Translations under genes and position numbers: made by a program
From: the human T2T-CHM13v2.0 reference genome, Homo sapiens
NCBI RefSeq assembly: GCF_009914755.1
Contig: NC_060934.1
Strand: one strand, 5' to 3'
DNA: 64,000 bases
In this document: in pieces, positions 46,975 to 59,884 of the stretch
How the letters are laid out: every line of letters begins with the position of its first letter
Numbering within the stretch: position 1 is the first letter of the stretch
Notes under the pieces: generated by a model
Database searches by the model: none
What the model was told of the DNA's origin: nothing
Seen by the model: only the letters and a program-made list of their open reading frames with translations

Positions 46975-47616
46975 TTGGTGCAGCCAGAGAGCTACAAGAA
47001 AAACATAAGGTGAGAGTACAGAGTGATGGAACAGAAGAGGACTTCGTGGCAGGGTTACACAAAGGTCCCCAGCCCCGGGGCAACCTCCATGTGGTGCTTC
47101 ACATGGGGCCTCCCGTGGGAACAGCTCAGGGGGGCTGGAAACCCCAGCCCATAGCAGGAACCCCATCTCATTACCTGCTCCCTAGCTCTCTGCTTCCTGC
47201 CTGCAGCTCTCAAACCCCTGCTGCTGGACTTCCATGTATGCGGTTCCTCAACGATCAAAGCAGGGTCTATTAGGTTGAGTCACCTTCCCCAGTGAGGGGC
47301 ACCCCCTGGAGCCCCAGTGGAAAGCTGAGCTGGGCACACGCAGACCTGGGGCTTGGTCACTCTTTTTTTTTTAATTTCGTTTTATATTTTACCTTCATAC
47401 CACAGTGAAGTCCATCCGTCATTCTTCGGTTTGGTGATTCTCTCTCTCTCTCTCTGTTTCTTCTGTATGCAATGTTGTTGACTTACGACTCTCAGAGCCC
47501 AGCTTGGATTTTCTAGAACTGAAGATCTATATTATTGATAGACCTCAAGGATTAACCTATAATGCTTTCATTTACATTTAAACTGGGCTATAAAGTTGCC
47601 TCAAATGCAACCCCAT

Positions 47617-49228
47617 TGTGTCCGGAATTGGTGGGTTCTTGGTCTTGCTGACTTCAAGAATGAAGCTGCAGACCCTCGCGGTGAGTGTTACAGTTCTTAA
47701 AGATGGTGTGTCCGGAGTTTGTTCTTTCTGATGTTCCGATGTGTTCAGAGTTTCTTCCTTCTGGTGGGTTCGTGGTCTCACTGGCTTCAGGAGTGAAGCT
47801 GCAGACTTTCGCGGTGAGTGTTACAGCTCTTAAGGCGGATCGTCTGGAGTTGTTCGTTCCTCCCGTCCAGAGTTGTTCATTCCTCCTGCTGAGTTCGTGG
47901 TGTCGCTGGCTTCAGGAGTGAAGCTGCAGACCTTCACGGTGAGCGTTACAGTTCTTTAAGGCAGTGTGGACCCAAAGAGTGAGCAGAAGCAAGAGTCATG
48001 GTAGAGGGCAAAAGAAAAAAGCTTCCACAGTGTGGAAGGGGACCCGAGCAGGTTGCCGCTGCTGGCTCGGGCAGCCTGCTTTTATTCCCTTATCTGACCC
48101 CACCCACATCCTGCTGATTAGCCCATTTTACAGAGAGCTGATTGGTCCATTTTATGGAGAGCTGATTAGTCCGTTTTACAGAGAGCTGATTGGTCCATTT
48201 TGACAGGGTGCTGATTGGTGCGTTTACAATCCCTGAGCTAGACACAGAATGCTGATTGGAGTATTTACAATCCTCTAGCTAGATGTAAAAGTTCTCCAAG
48301 TCCCCACTAGATTAGCTAGACACAGAGCACTGATTGGTGAGCTTACAAACCTTGAGCTAGACACAGGGTGCTGATTGGTGCGTTTACAAACCTTGAGCTA
48401 GACACAGAGTGCTGATTGGTGCATTTACAATCCTTTAGCTAGACATAAAAGTTCTCCAAGTCCCCACCAGATTAGCTAGATACAGAGTGCTGATTGGTGC
48501 ATCCACGAACCCTGAGCTAGACACAGAGTGCTGATTGATGCATATACAATCCTCCGGCTAGACATAAAAGTTCACCAAGTCCCCACCCGACTCAGGAGCC
48601 CAGCTGGCTTCCCCTAGTGGATCCCATGCCAGGGCCACGGGCGGAGCTGCCCACCAGTCCTGCGCCACAGCGCCTGCACTCCTCAGCCCTTAGGTGGTTG
48701 ATGGGACCGGGCTCCATGGAGCAGGGGGCAGTGCCTGTTGGGGAGGCTCAGGCCACGTGGGAGCCCACCATGAGGGGTCTCAGGCATGGCGGGCTGCAGG
48801 TCCAGAGCCCTACCCCTTGGGGAGGCAGCTGAGGCCCAGTGAGAATTCAAGTGTGGTGTGGGCAGGTCGGCAGTGCTGGGGGACCCGGCGCACCCTCTGC
48901 AGCTGCTGGCCCAGGTGCTAAGCCCCTCACTGCCCGGGGTTGGCAGTGCCGGCCAGCCGCTCCGAGTGCAGGGCCCACTGAGCCCGCACCCATCCGGAAC
49001 TCATGCTGGCCTGCGAGTGCTGCGCACAGCCCCAGTTCCCACCCATGTCTTTTTCTTCACACCTCCCTGCAAGCAGAGGGAGCTGGCTCCGGCCTTGGCC
49101 AGCCCAGAGAGGGGCTCCCGCAGTGCAGCAGCAGGCTGAAGGGCTCCTCAAGCGTGGCCACAGTGGACACTGTGGCCTGAGGAGGTGCCGAGAGTGAGCA
49201 AGGGCTGCTAGCACTTTGTCACCTCTCA
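47617..49228 (-). mobile_element. Complete solo LTR12 (LTR12C-like, ERV9)
   Basis: tgtgtccggaattggtgggttcttggtc...gtcacctctca, 1612 bp, tandem ctgattggt repeats; 4-bp TSD ccat at 47613-47616 and 49229-49232. Confidence 0.96.
48075..48545 (-). promoter_or_regulatory. LTR12 U3 CCAAT (NF-Y) array and AATAAA TATA-like element
   Basis: About eight ctgattgg boxes between 48138 and 48498; cctgcttttatt at ~48075-48087 is the LTR12 core promoter motif on the minus strand. Confidence 0.75.
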
Positions 49229-49876
49229 CCATCAAATCCAGTTAGTTTGGGATCCACATCCCAAGCATAGTGGGTGTCAAAGAACTCACTCTTCTGTTTA
49301 ATCCACCAAGGCTGCCCTCTGTCAATAATGGAAAATTATTTACATTATTTCCATATATGAAATACAAAGACTCTCTCCCCTTTCCAAGTCTCTTCCCATT
49401 ACAGCTTCAGGCTCAGGTTCAAGGTCCAGGATCTTATTTCCTAGAGCAGGTCCAGGTCCATCTGGGTGTGTTTCTTCAGGAGCAGCTCCACAAGTCTGGT
49501 TCTGCCTGTTCTGAAGACCTGCGAGGTAGAGAAATAATGACATGTCCCTACCACCCCACACTCCATTTAACGACAATGGTAATAGCTGGATAGGGAAACT
49601 CCAATTAACACTGTTTATTCAAAAGAGACAGGGAAAGGAGGCATTAGCCATGATTGGTACATAGCAATTTGGAAATCCAGTCAAGCCCATGTCTCCAGTT
49701 CCTTGATTAAAGCAAAATCTTGCTTTCTGGGAGTGACTCCCAGTGGCTCCTGACAGTTTCTTCATAAGAAATGGCAGCTGAAAAAAGAAATAAGAAATAA
49801 GAAGTCTTCACAGAGAAGTATTCTTCTCAGACTGTTCCCAGCTGAGCTGGATTCCTGCTGGAATGTTGTTAGCTGT

Positions 49877-50209
49877 GTGGTCAGGTGCATCACATGGCAG
49901 GTCATGGCTTCCAGAGAGAATGTTCCTAAAGAGTGTGGAAGCTGCCATTTTCTTAAGACTTGAGCTTGGAAACTGGTATAACATCACTTCTGCCATCTTC
50001 CAGTGGACAAAGTAGTCACAGATTCAGGAGGAGGGAACATAGACTCCACTTGTCAATAGAAATAGTGTCAAGGAATTGATGGTTCTCTTTAGTCTTCCAT
50101 ACTTCTTCTGCTTCATCCCTTCTTCCTTCTTGTTGCCTGAAATGGAAATGTGAAGACTGGAGTTGCAGCAGCCATCTTGGACCATGAGAAGCTGTTGGAA
50201 ATAAAAGGC
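49877..50209 (+). repeat. Direct duplicate of 51651-51987
   Basis: ~333 bp, about 33 substitutions plus one 4-bp indel by manual alignment (~90% identity). Confidence 0.95.
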
Positions 50210-50902
50210 TCAACATTCCAGCAGGATAAAATTCATTTTGTACTACATTTATCCTTTTAGTCCAAGCTGATACAATTCCCTTAAAAACTTCGTGGGTTAC
50301 CCATATACCAATCAGTGGTCAATTCCATTAAAGAAAAGTCACATTTCTTTCCATGTCAGATCTTTCTCCACCTTTAGCAATAGGCAAAGCTATTGTGAGC
50401 AATGCTAATAGCATTTAAATTCTTTAAAGCTGTATTGTCTGAGAAAGTCTGTAAAGCATGCCTTTAAGACTCTTAGAAGCCCCCACCTTCCAGTATCCAG
50501 GCATATCATATCCTTAAATATTTTGGCAGTTATTAAAGTCTTACAGTCATACTCAATGAAATCTTCACTCCAAGGTCATTCTGTACAAAGATTTGATCTT
50601 TGTCCTGAAGCCATTTCTTACTGTGACACTTTTGCTGAGACAGGATGGAGATGAGAAACAGGTTTGTTATCACACCCGGAAGGTCCTGGCTCCTTTGCAC
50701 TCGCTCTGAGCTCTGCTCTGCACCCTGGTAGTTCTTTCCTTAGTTCACTCTTTCTTCCTATAGCTTATCATAGGCAGGTATGAGAAGCCAGCAGTGTCTT
50801 CTATCTCTGCCTGGATTCTTCTCTGAAGACCTCTGAGTTCATCAGGTACTTTCCTATTTTCCAGTTTACCACAGGTGACAGTGTGTCCAAGCTTTCTGTT
50901 CA

Positions 50903-51316
<414 letters not shown>

Positions 51317-51878
51317 TCAGCTTTTGCCCAGTGCCTCATCTCAAAACCAAGGCCATGTGTTAGGTTTCTGTTATAGCAGCAATCCACTTCCATCTAGCAA
51401 ATTCTCTTCAGGTTATCTATTGCTGCAAAACTTAACGTTCAAAATTCCATTACTTAGTGGTTTAAAATGCCAGTCATTGTTACTGTTTTTCACAATTTTC
51501 TGGGTCAGAAACTTGGCTAGGACTCAAAGAGGTGATATGATTTTTTCCTCTACTGAGGTCACTTGGTGATAGATGATGGATGGGCTGGTCTACAGGGGCC
51601 AAGATGGCTTCATGCACATCCCTGGCACTTTAATGGGGATGGCTGGAAGGGTGGTCAGGTGCATCACATGGCACCTCACGGTTTCCAGAGAGAATGTTCC
51701 TAAAGAGTGTGGAAGCTGCCATTTTCTTAAGACATGAACTTGGAAACTGGTGTAACATCACTTCTGCCACCTTCCAGTGAACCAAGTAGTCACAGACAGA
51801 TTCAAGATGAGGAGACATAGACTCCACTTGTCAATGGAAAAAGTGTGAAGGAATTGATGACCCTGTTTAGTCTTCCAT

Positions 51879-52152
51879 TCTCTTCCTGCTTCATCCCTTC
51901 CTCCTTCCTGTTGCCTGGAATGGGAACGTGAAGGCTGGAGTTGCAGCAGCCATCGTGGACCATGAGAAGCTGTTGGGAATAAAAGGCATGCACTGCAGAT
52001 CCACAAGCTGGAAGCATATGGATCGCCAGGGCCACAGAATACCATATCATCTCTAAACTGCCAACCCCTGAACTTTCAGAATGTGAGAACAAATAAACCT
52101 TAAGGCATTATTATTTTAGGTTTTTATGTCATTTGTAGCGTAATACTGAACA
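51879..52152 (+). mobile_element. MLT1J/K-like LTR 3' part
   Basis: cttcctgttgcctggaatg...ggctggagttgcagcagccatc...accatgag...tgtgagaacaaataaacc. Confidence 0.65.
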
Positions 52153-52524
52153 GTAGCTTTTGGGGGTGCAGTGTGTCCTTCAGTAGCTCAGAGTTGCAGA
52201 TTGAGGAGACTGTTGTGCATGTCAATAATCCATCCTGCGCCCCATAGCCAGAGTGCCCTGATGCATCACACATCAGGCTGGCAGACGCTTCTCTATGGTC
52301 CCTTCCAGTGAAAGAGCCCTGGAATCACATCCTGATCTCATCACTTCCTTCCAAACAAGGTTTCTGTCAGATTAAAGTCCACCTTCCAAGGCCCTCCATG
52401 GGCTGACCCTGACCCACCTCTCCAGCCGGATTCCCACCATTCCTCACACCCCCCCAACAGGTGAACCCACAACCCTGACGCACCCTGTGCTGTCCCCATG
52501 GGCACTTATACTTCTCTATCCCTG

Positions 52525-53220
52525 TCACACATACACACATATAAACACACACACATATACACACAGACACACACGTATATACACAGACACACATAAACAC
52601 ATATACACACACTCATACACATACACACACAGAGACACACACATGCACACAGACACATACAGACACACATAGACAGACACACACTTATATACACAGACAC
52701 ACACAGAGACACTCATACACATACACACAGACACACACATGCATACAGACACACAGATACACACACATACACACAGACACACACACATACACACACATAT
52801 ACACATACACACAGACACACACATACACACACTCATACGCATACACACATGCACACACACATACACACTTACACACACATACACATACACACACATACAC
52901 ACAGACACACACACATACACACAGACACTCATATGTATACACACAGACACACATGCACACAGACACATACACACATAAACAGAAACACATACACACACAG
53001 ACTCACATACACACAGACACACAGGCACACACACATACACACATAGACATACAGGCAAACACATATACACACAGGCATACACAGATACCCACAGGCATAC
53101 ACAGATACACACACATACAGACACATGCATACACACACAGATATAGACATATACAAACACAGACACACACACATACACATATACACACACAGAGACACAC
53201 AGAGAGACACACACACACAC
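52525..53220. repeat. ~700-bp imperfect (CA)n / cacata / cacaga low-complexity tract
   Basis: Directly visible; source of all the VC/HT-rich ORFs. Confidence 0.98.
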
Positions 53221-54923
53221 CTTCTTCCAAATCCTACCATGCTTTTAGGACAAAGCTCAAATCTGATTTCCTGTGTGAAGAATTTCCAGGATCACAAAGT
53301 ACGGGCTTTCTTCCTCTCTTGAACTTTTAGCAGAACCCAAACCCCTCAAGGGACATCACAATGGGTGTCCTCAATGGAGGGCATTTGTTGTTTTGATTCC
53401 TCACGTATGCATACATCTTATTTCTCCAGCTGGACCAGGAGCTGCCCAAGCGGGGGGCCTGTGTCACAGCTCTTTGTGTCTCTGGGGTCTCGCTAGTGAC
53501 AGGGGCCTTGCTTCCAGGAGGCACAGCAAAGCAGTATCTGGCACAAACAGAGCCAACCGCTGGCCAAGCTGGAAAGAGAAGGAAGAAAATGGTTGTCCGC
53601 CACGCCACTCCTTTCTGTCTCCCACAGAGCTCCGTGGAGCCCCATTTCACACTCTCACCCGCCCAGTCAGCAGACACTTGGTGGTGTAAGTCCATCTTCA
53701 GAGGATCACTGTCCTGCCAGAAATTTCCAGAGGACAGAAGCCCAGAGCCCAGCCTGCCAGGCGAACCACAGACCCCAGGGAGCATCAGCTGCCACTTTAC
53801 CCATGGGCTGATGCTGAACGATTGGAAAGATGCCCCGGCCGCTTGGATTTTTATTCTCATATCAGCATTTTGCCCAGCAATTGGAAGCAGAGACCAGGAA
53901 GACACACGCATAGAAAGGAGAATTTCTCAGCTTTGCTTTGAGTCCCTGAAGGAGAGACACAAACCCTCCCCACAACTCCTTGCGGGAACCCTCCCCTACC
54001 TTGACCCACAATCCCAGCCTGCAGGTTCCCTGCAGAGTCCAGACTCTGCTGGGACATCAGATGGCCCAGGGATCACAAAAGCAGCCGGCGATGGCAACGA
54101 TTCCGACTGGAAACTTTGATCAAACTCAGCATCCTTTTCCCGAGGGCTGAAAGCCTGACAGTGAGCAGAACTGGCACCAGGGAGATTCCATTTAATGAGT
54201 TATTTGGCAAGGGCTATTTCTGAAATTAATTATCAATCACTTCTAATTGTTTTTAAATGGCAGTTATTAATCTGAAAAGGCTCGGGAAAACGCTTGTGTT
54301 ATGGTGTGTTCCCTCAGCTGCCCAAAGGACACACGCCGAGAGGCTGACGGAGCCCTGGTTAAGGCTGGTGTTTGGCAACAGATCAAGAAGGGGCACCGCA
54401 GCTCTAGGCCCAAGGTGAGGCCCCGGGGTGAGGCCAGGGGCCAGGAGGGTGGCTCCAATACCTATGTGTATTCTCAGAGCAGTTAGCAGGAGCCAGGAGA
54501 GGAAGCTTCTGGCTTAAGCCAATCCATGCCCAGCACCAAAACCTTGATCTCCCCTCAAGCCCAGCCTCGGCCTCCAGTCTCACTAATAATTCAATCTCAT
54601 TTAATCTAATAAGCCTGAAAGCCTGGAATCCCCAGTGCATGCCTCACCTGAGGCAGAGGTGCTCAGAAGGGAGGAATAGGTGCTGTCTTGGGGATGCACC
54701 ACCTGCTTAGCACACCTGCCCAGACGAGGGGGCAGGGCTCCAGGTGCTGCACCTGTCTTCTGAGAATGGAGGTGACACCTTGAGAACTCTATAAGGCCTG
54801 GAAATATCTCAACGAGTGCTAAGAAAACAGGCAGGCACACGCACATATGGGAATCTGGTCAAAGATCAGAGGGACAAGAAGCCCAGGCCAACACCTCTGC
54901 CCCGATCCCCTATTTTCTCCTGA

Positions 54924-55196
<273 letters not shown>

Positions 55197-55954
55197 AGGA
55201 GTTACTGCTTTTAAACTGGCTACAGCCAGCCCACAACATCTGGAGCTGAGGACAGCGTGAGCCGCTTCAGAAACCAGCACTTGCAGAGTTACATCTTTAG
55301 GCGGACAAACACCAGAGGGTGGGCTCAGGGCTTGGGAACCACAAATTGTGGGGTATAGGTATAGCACTGGGCTCTGGGTACCCCTCTCAAAGAGCAAACT
55401 GGCCATTAAGCACTCAGATCCGAGACTGGGCCAGGCAGCCCTTAGTGCTCCCATCACAGCATGCTCTGAAATTGGGCATCCTGCACGGAGAGGGAGGGGT
55501 TCCCTCTCAGCCCTGGGTCTCACTCCATTTCCCTGCAAATGGTCTTCATGGCTCTTGTTATCACCATTTCTAGCTCAACTCTCACGTTTTATGTCTCAGA
55601 GGTGGTGTTTATTGATACTGAACAATGCTCCTGCCACTATGCAGAACATCTGTGCTGCAGCTGCCACGGCCCGGCTGAGATTTTTGTAATAGTTTTGGGA
55701 TGATTCGCTAGTACAGCACATACAGTGCTGAGAGGGCTGTGTTCTGCTAGTCAAGAGGATTTGGGATAATTGGAAATTTCAGGGTTTTTAAGGCTGTTGC
55801 TGGGTTTGGTTCCAGTGGGGAGGTTTTACTTGTTTAGGTATATAAATATTAATTGGAAACATTTATTTGTAAATATCAGAAAGAAGACTTTGTAGAGAAT
55901 GACCCTCCCACTGCCCCCACAAAATAAGAATTATGCTGGAAAAGTATAGCTCAA

Positions 55955-56295
55955 GGCTGGGGGCAGTGGCTCACACCTATAATCCCAGTGCTTTGAGAGG
56001 CTGATGCAAGAGGATTGTTTGAGGCCAGGTGTTCGAGATCAGCCTTGGCAACATAGTGAGACCTTGCCTCTACCAAAAAATTAAAAAATAAAAGCAATAA
56101 CGAGCATTAGTTGTATGACTTGTAATCCTAGCTACTTGGAAGGCTGAGATAGGAGGATCGCTTGAACCCAGGAGTTCAAGGTTACAATGAGCTAGGGTCA
56201 GACCACTGCACTCCATCCTGGGCAATAGAGCATGACTCTATCTCTAAAAATCAAACAAAAAACAAAAAACAAAAAAGAAAAGAAAAATAAAGAAA
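55955..56295 (+). mobile_element. AluJ
   Basis: Diverged dimeric Alu with A-rich tail. Confidence 0.92.
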
Positions 56296-56632
56296 GAAGA
56301 GTGTATCTCTCTCTGCAGCAACTTAAGTCTGGCATGGGAGGGGACTTGTTCTTCCCCGTCTCTATTGTCCAGCTCTTACCCCATCTCCACCACTGCCCTA
56401 GGAAAGGATTAAGATAGAGGCAGAATGGCAGCCACCTCAATAGGGCAATGAGATTGGGAGAATACATGAGATCCTGCTTCCCAAAAGTAGCATCCCATAA
56501 AATGTTCACACATCTTCCCTTTATCCATGAAGACATAGAAAAAATGAAATAAACATTCCTTTAGTTTGCCGCTGGAGAAACAAGCTTAGAGAGAGATTCA
56601 GTGACTTGCTCAAGTCCACAGGGCAAATTACT

Positions 56633-56997
56633 TGTTCTAGTCTGTTTGGGCGGCTGTAAAAAAATACCTTCAACTGGGTAATTTATAAACAACGGAAATT
56701 TATTGGTAACAGTTCTGGAGGCTGGGAAGTCCAAGATCAAGGCACCAGCAGATCTGGTGTCTGGAGAGGGCTTGCTCTCCACTTCATAGATGGTGCCTTT
56801 TGCTGTGTCCTCACATGGCAGAAGAGCCAGGAAGCTCCCTTCAACCTCTTGTATCAGGGAACTAATCCCATTCATGCAGGCGGAACCCTCATGATGTGAT
56901 CACTTCCCAAAAGGCCCTGCCTCTCAATACTATTACATTGAGCATTAGGTTCCAATATATGAATTTTGGGGGGACACTAACATTTAGACCATAAGCA
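56633..56997 (-). mobile_element. MLT1A0-like solo LTR inserted in a MIR
   Basis: cagttctggaggctgggaagtccaagatcaaggcaccagcagat...ctaatcccattcatg...gaattttggggg; TSD ttact / atact. Confidence 0.9.
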
Positions 56998-57211
56998 ATA
57001 CTAGAATGTTCTAGAACCAAATCCACTGATAACTAAATTACCAACAGGTGAAACTATCTCTTGAGTTAGACAACAAAAGCAAACCTTTTATGCTAAAGGA
57101 TTTTCAAAAGCTACTGTGAGAGAAGGGCTGTTGAGGAAAGAAGTTCTGATCCATCCCTCCTTAGCATGTCTACACATCCCATTAGTTGTTAGGCTAACAG
57201 CCCTAAAAGAT

Positions 57212-57601
57212 TGCTATGGTTTGAACAGCCCCTCCAAAACTCATGTTGATACCTAATCCCTAATTTGGCGGTATTGAGGGGTAATGGAATCATAAGGGAT
57301 CTGCTTTCATAATGGATTAAAGGATTGATGGATTAATGGGTTATTATGGGAGTGGACCTGGAGGCTTTATAAGAAGAGGCAGAAAGACTTGAGTATAGCA
57401 TGTTAGGACACCAGCCATATAATGAGCACACCATGGGATGCCCTGTGCTGCCTTGGGACTCTGTAGAGTCCCCACCAGCTCGAAGACCCCCACGGGATGT
57501 GGTCCCTTGACTTTGGACTTCTCAGAAGTAATAATATTTTTCTCTGTAAATTATGCAGTTTCAGGTAGTCTGGTATAATCAACAGAAAAAGAACTGATAA
57601 A
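57212..57601 (+). mobile_element. MSTC/MSTD-like solo LTR
   Basis: tgctatggtttgaa...ccctccaaaactcatgttga...gattaatgggttattatgggagtgg...ggctttataagaagagg...cttgactttggacttc. Confidence 0.82.
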
Positions 57602-57914
57602 GGTTTAGATACCTTCAGTGTGTGGCACCCTGTGTTTTCCTATTAGATTTGCCTAAGGCACCCAGGAGAGCAGAGTAGAAGCCTGCAAACATTCAGCACC
57701 CAATTCTTTGTATCTGAAAAGTTGCCAGAACCTTGCCCAGAACACTCAACTACTAAATCCTGGTGCTCCAGCTTTTGCAGGTCTTGCATTTGCACCTGTG
57801 TATTCCTGTGTTTGTGTGCCTGCTGTGTATTAAGTACTGTTTTAGGATCACAGTGATAACAAGTCGGAGAAGGCCTCTGATCTCAAAAGTGACATTGAAT
57901 ACACACATATGAAA

Positions 57915-58473
57915 AGAATGAGGAGTGGGAGGATGGGGGGAGAAGGACGAGGAGGAAGAGGAGAAAGGGGAGAAGGAGAAGAAGAAGGATAAGGAGGGGG
58001 GAAGGGGAAGAACAAGAGGAGGAGGAAGAGGAAGGAGAAGATGAAGAAGAAGAGGAGGAGGAGAAAGAAAGAATGAGAAGGAGAAAGAAAAGAAGAGGGA
58101 GAGGGAGGAGAAGGGGAAGAAGAGGAAAGGAAGGTGAATAAGAAGGAGAGGAAGAAGGAGAGGAGGAAGAAGAAGAGGAGGAGGAGGAAGAGGAAGAAGA
58201 GGAAGGAGGAGAAAGAGAGGGAGAAGGAGAAAAAGGAGAAGGATAAGAAGAAGAAGGAGTAGGAGGAAGAAGAGGCGGGAAGGAGGAAGGGGAGGAGGAG
58301 AATGAGAAGGATAAGAAGAAGAAGGAGTAGGAGAAAGAAGAGGAGGGAAGGAGGAAGGGGAGGAGGAGAATGAGAAGAATAAGAAGAAGAAGGAGGAGGA
58401 AGAGCAGGAGGGGAGGAGGAAGGGGAGGAGGGGAAGGGAGGAGGAGGAAGAAGAAGAGAAGGAGGAGGAAGAA
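57915..58473. repeat. ~560-bp polypurine (GA-rich) tract with an internal 68-bp tandem repeat
   Basis: Almost pure A/G on the + strand; 68-bp unit starts at 58236, 58304 and (partial) 58372. Confidence 0.97.
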
Positions 58474-58479
58474 AATCAG

Positions 58480-58800
58480 ACAATGATAAAGGCTCTGCAA
58501 GACTGAAATAAGATGCTATGAAAGAGAATGATTGGGTGGTGCATAAGAGTGGAAGATCCAGGGAAGGCTCTGCTGACACTGAACTGAGATCTGAATTGCA
58601 AGAAGAAGCCAGCCATTGGAGGAATAAGGAGATCAATGATCTACACAGACAGAAAAGCCATAACATTGGGAGAAGTTTGGCTTGTTTGAGGATCTGGGGT
58701 TGGAGCACTTCCCCACTGCAGGGCGGGGAAGGTGAGGGCACTAAGGTAGGTAGGAGTTCTGTGAGCCAGGTTATATTGCCCCAAGGGCAAGGGGAACCCA
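58480..58800 (-). mobile_element. L2 fragment
   Basis: ccagggaaggctctgctgacactgaactgagatctgaattgcaagaagaagccagccat...agtttggcttgtttgagga. Confidence 0.7.
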
Positions 58801-59329
58801 ATGGTGAATGTGGGAGCCATGGGGGCACTGCTCAGCTCCCACTTCAAGAGAGGACCTGCTGGGACCAGAGCAGGCAGTGGACAGCCTCCAAGTGCAGTGC
58901 CACCAAGATCCTCCTGCAGTGTTCGACCTGCGGCCATACTCCGCCCAAAGACCAATCTCTACGGGGGTGCATGAGCCCGGACTCCGTTGGGAAGCTCCTT
59001 GCTGGTCTGGCTGGGCTTTCTCAGAGCTGCAGTGTGGCCTGAAGCTCTTCCTACCCTCTCTTCTTTCCTTCAGCTCTCTCTTCTCCGGGGGTCAGACCCA
59101 CATGCTGGTCTGAAGGCTCTCCCTGCCTCCTTGTGCTTCCTCTCTTCTGCATACTCTGCAGGTCTCCCCTGGTAAACTCCTTTCCTTTCCAACTGCATCC
59201 TGCCTTCTGCTTCCCAGAGAGCCTGGCCTGACAGAGTGGGGTTTTAATCAGCACGCTCTGATTATAGGGCTTCGAGTGGAGCAAATCCATCAGCAGCTGC
59301 TCAGGAACTGGAGAGAGTAAGGTGGCTTG

Positions 59330-59605
59330 AACCACGGCTGTGGTAGAGCAAGGGGAAGATGGTGAGTTGGGGGATGCAGCATGCTTTTTGGATTTAGAGT
59401 TGACAAGGCTTGCTGATGAGATCTGATGTGGGGGTTGGCAAAAGAGAGAAGGAAAAAATGGCCTCCAGTTTTTGGCTGAACATCAGGATAGATGGCAGGG
59501 GTATTTCCAGAGGTGGGATGACTCCATAAGGGATGAACTGGGGCCAGATCCTCAAGTCTTGGCCATGTTTGAGGGGCCTGTTAGACACTTGGAAAAGGTC
59601 TAATT
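59330..59605 (-). mobile_element. L2 fragment
   Basis: tagagttgacaaggcttgctgatgagatctgatgtgggg...ggcctccagtttttggctgaaca...tgaggggcctgttagacac. Confidence 0.75.
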
Positions 59606-59884
59606 GTCCTCTGGACGCAGGGGGCAAGCTGTTCTTCCCATGAAACTGTCTTCGACGCAGCAGTCAGGGTTAACAACCGCTACCATTTAGTGGGCACGTG
59701 GCACATACCAGGTGTGGTGCTAAGCACACCTATTGCCAGGATCCCAGACTCAGACTGGGCAACTGTGCCATGCTAACAGCTCTGTGGTGGAGCTACAGAT
59801 GCTTAACCTGTCCTACAACAGGGCATCTGTCTTTCCAGCTATTTTATATCCAGTTGGGTCTCCTACTCTAAACTCTTTTCTAGC

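Noticed and set aside
48110-48560. Regularly spaced repeats resembling a CRISPR-like array
   Set aside because: Standard LTR12 U3 tandem repeats in eukaryotic DNA; the spacers are not unique.
52367-53330. Multiple VC/HT-rich ORFs
   Set aside because: Translation of the (CA)n tract.
53327-54119. Overlapping 194-aa and 207-aa ORFs on opposite strands
   Set aside because: No recognisable domain or exon structure; expected by chance in GC-richer DNA.
57848-58828. 326-aa and 205-aa minus-strand ORFs
   Set aside because: Stop-poor reading of the CT-rich strand of the purine tract.
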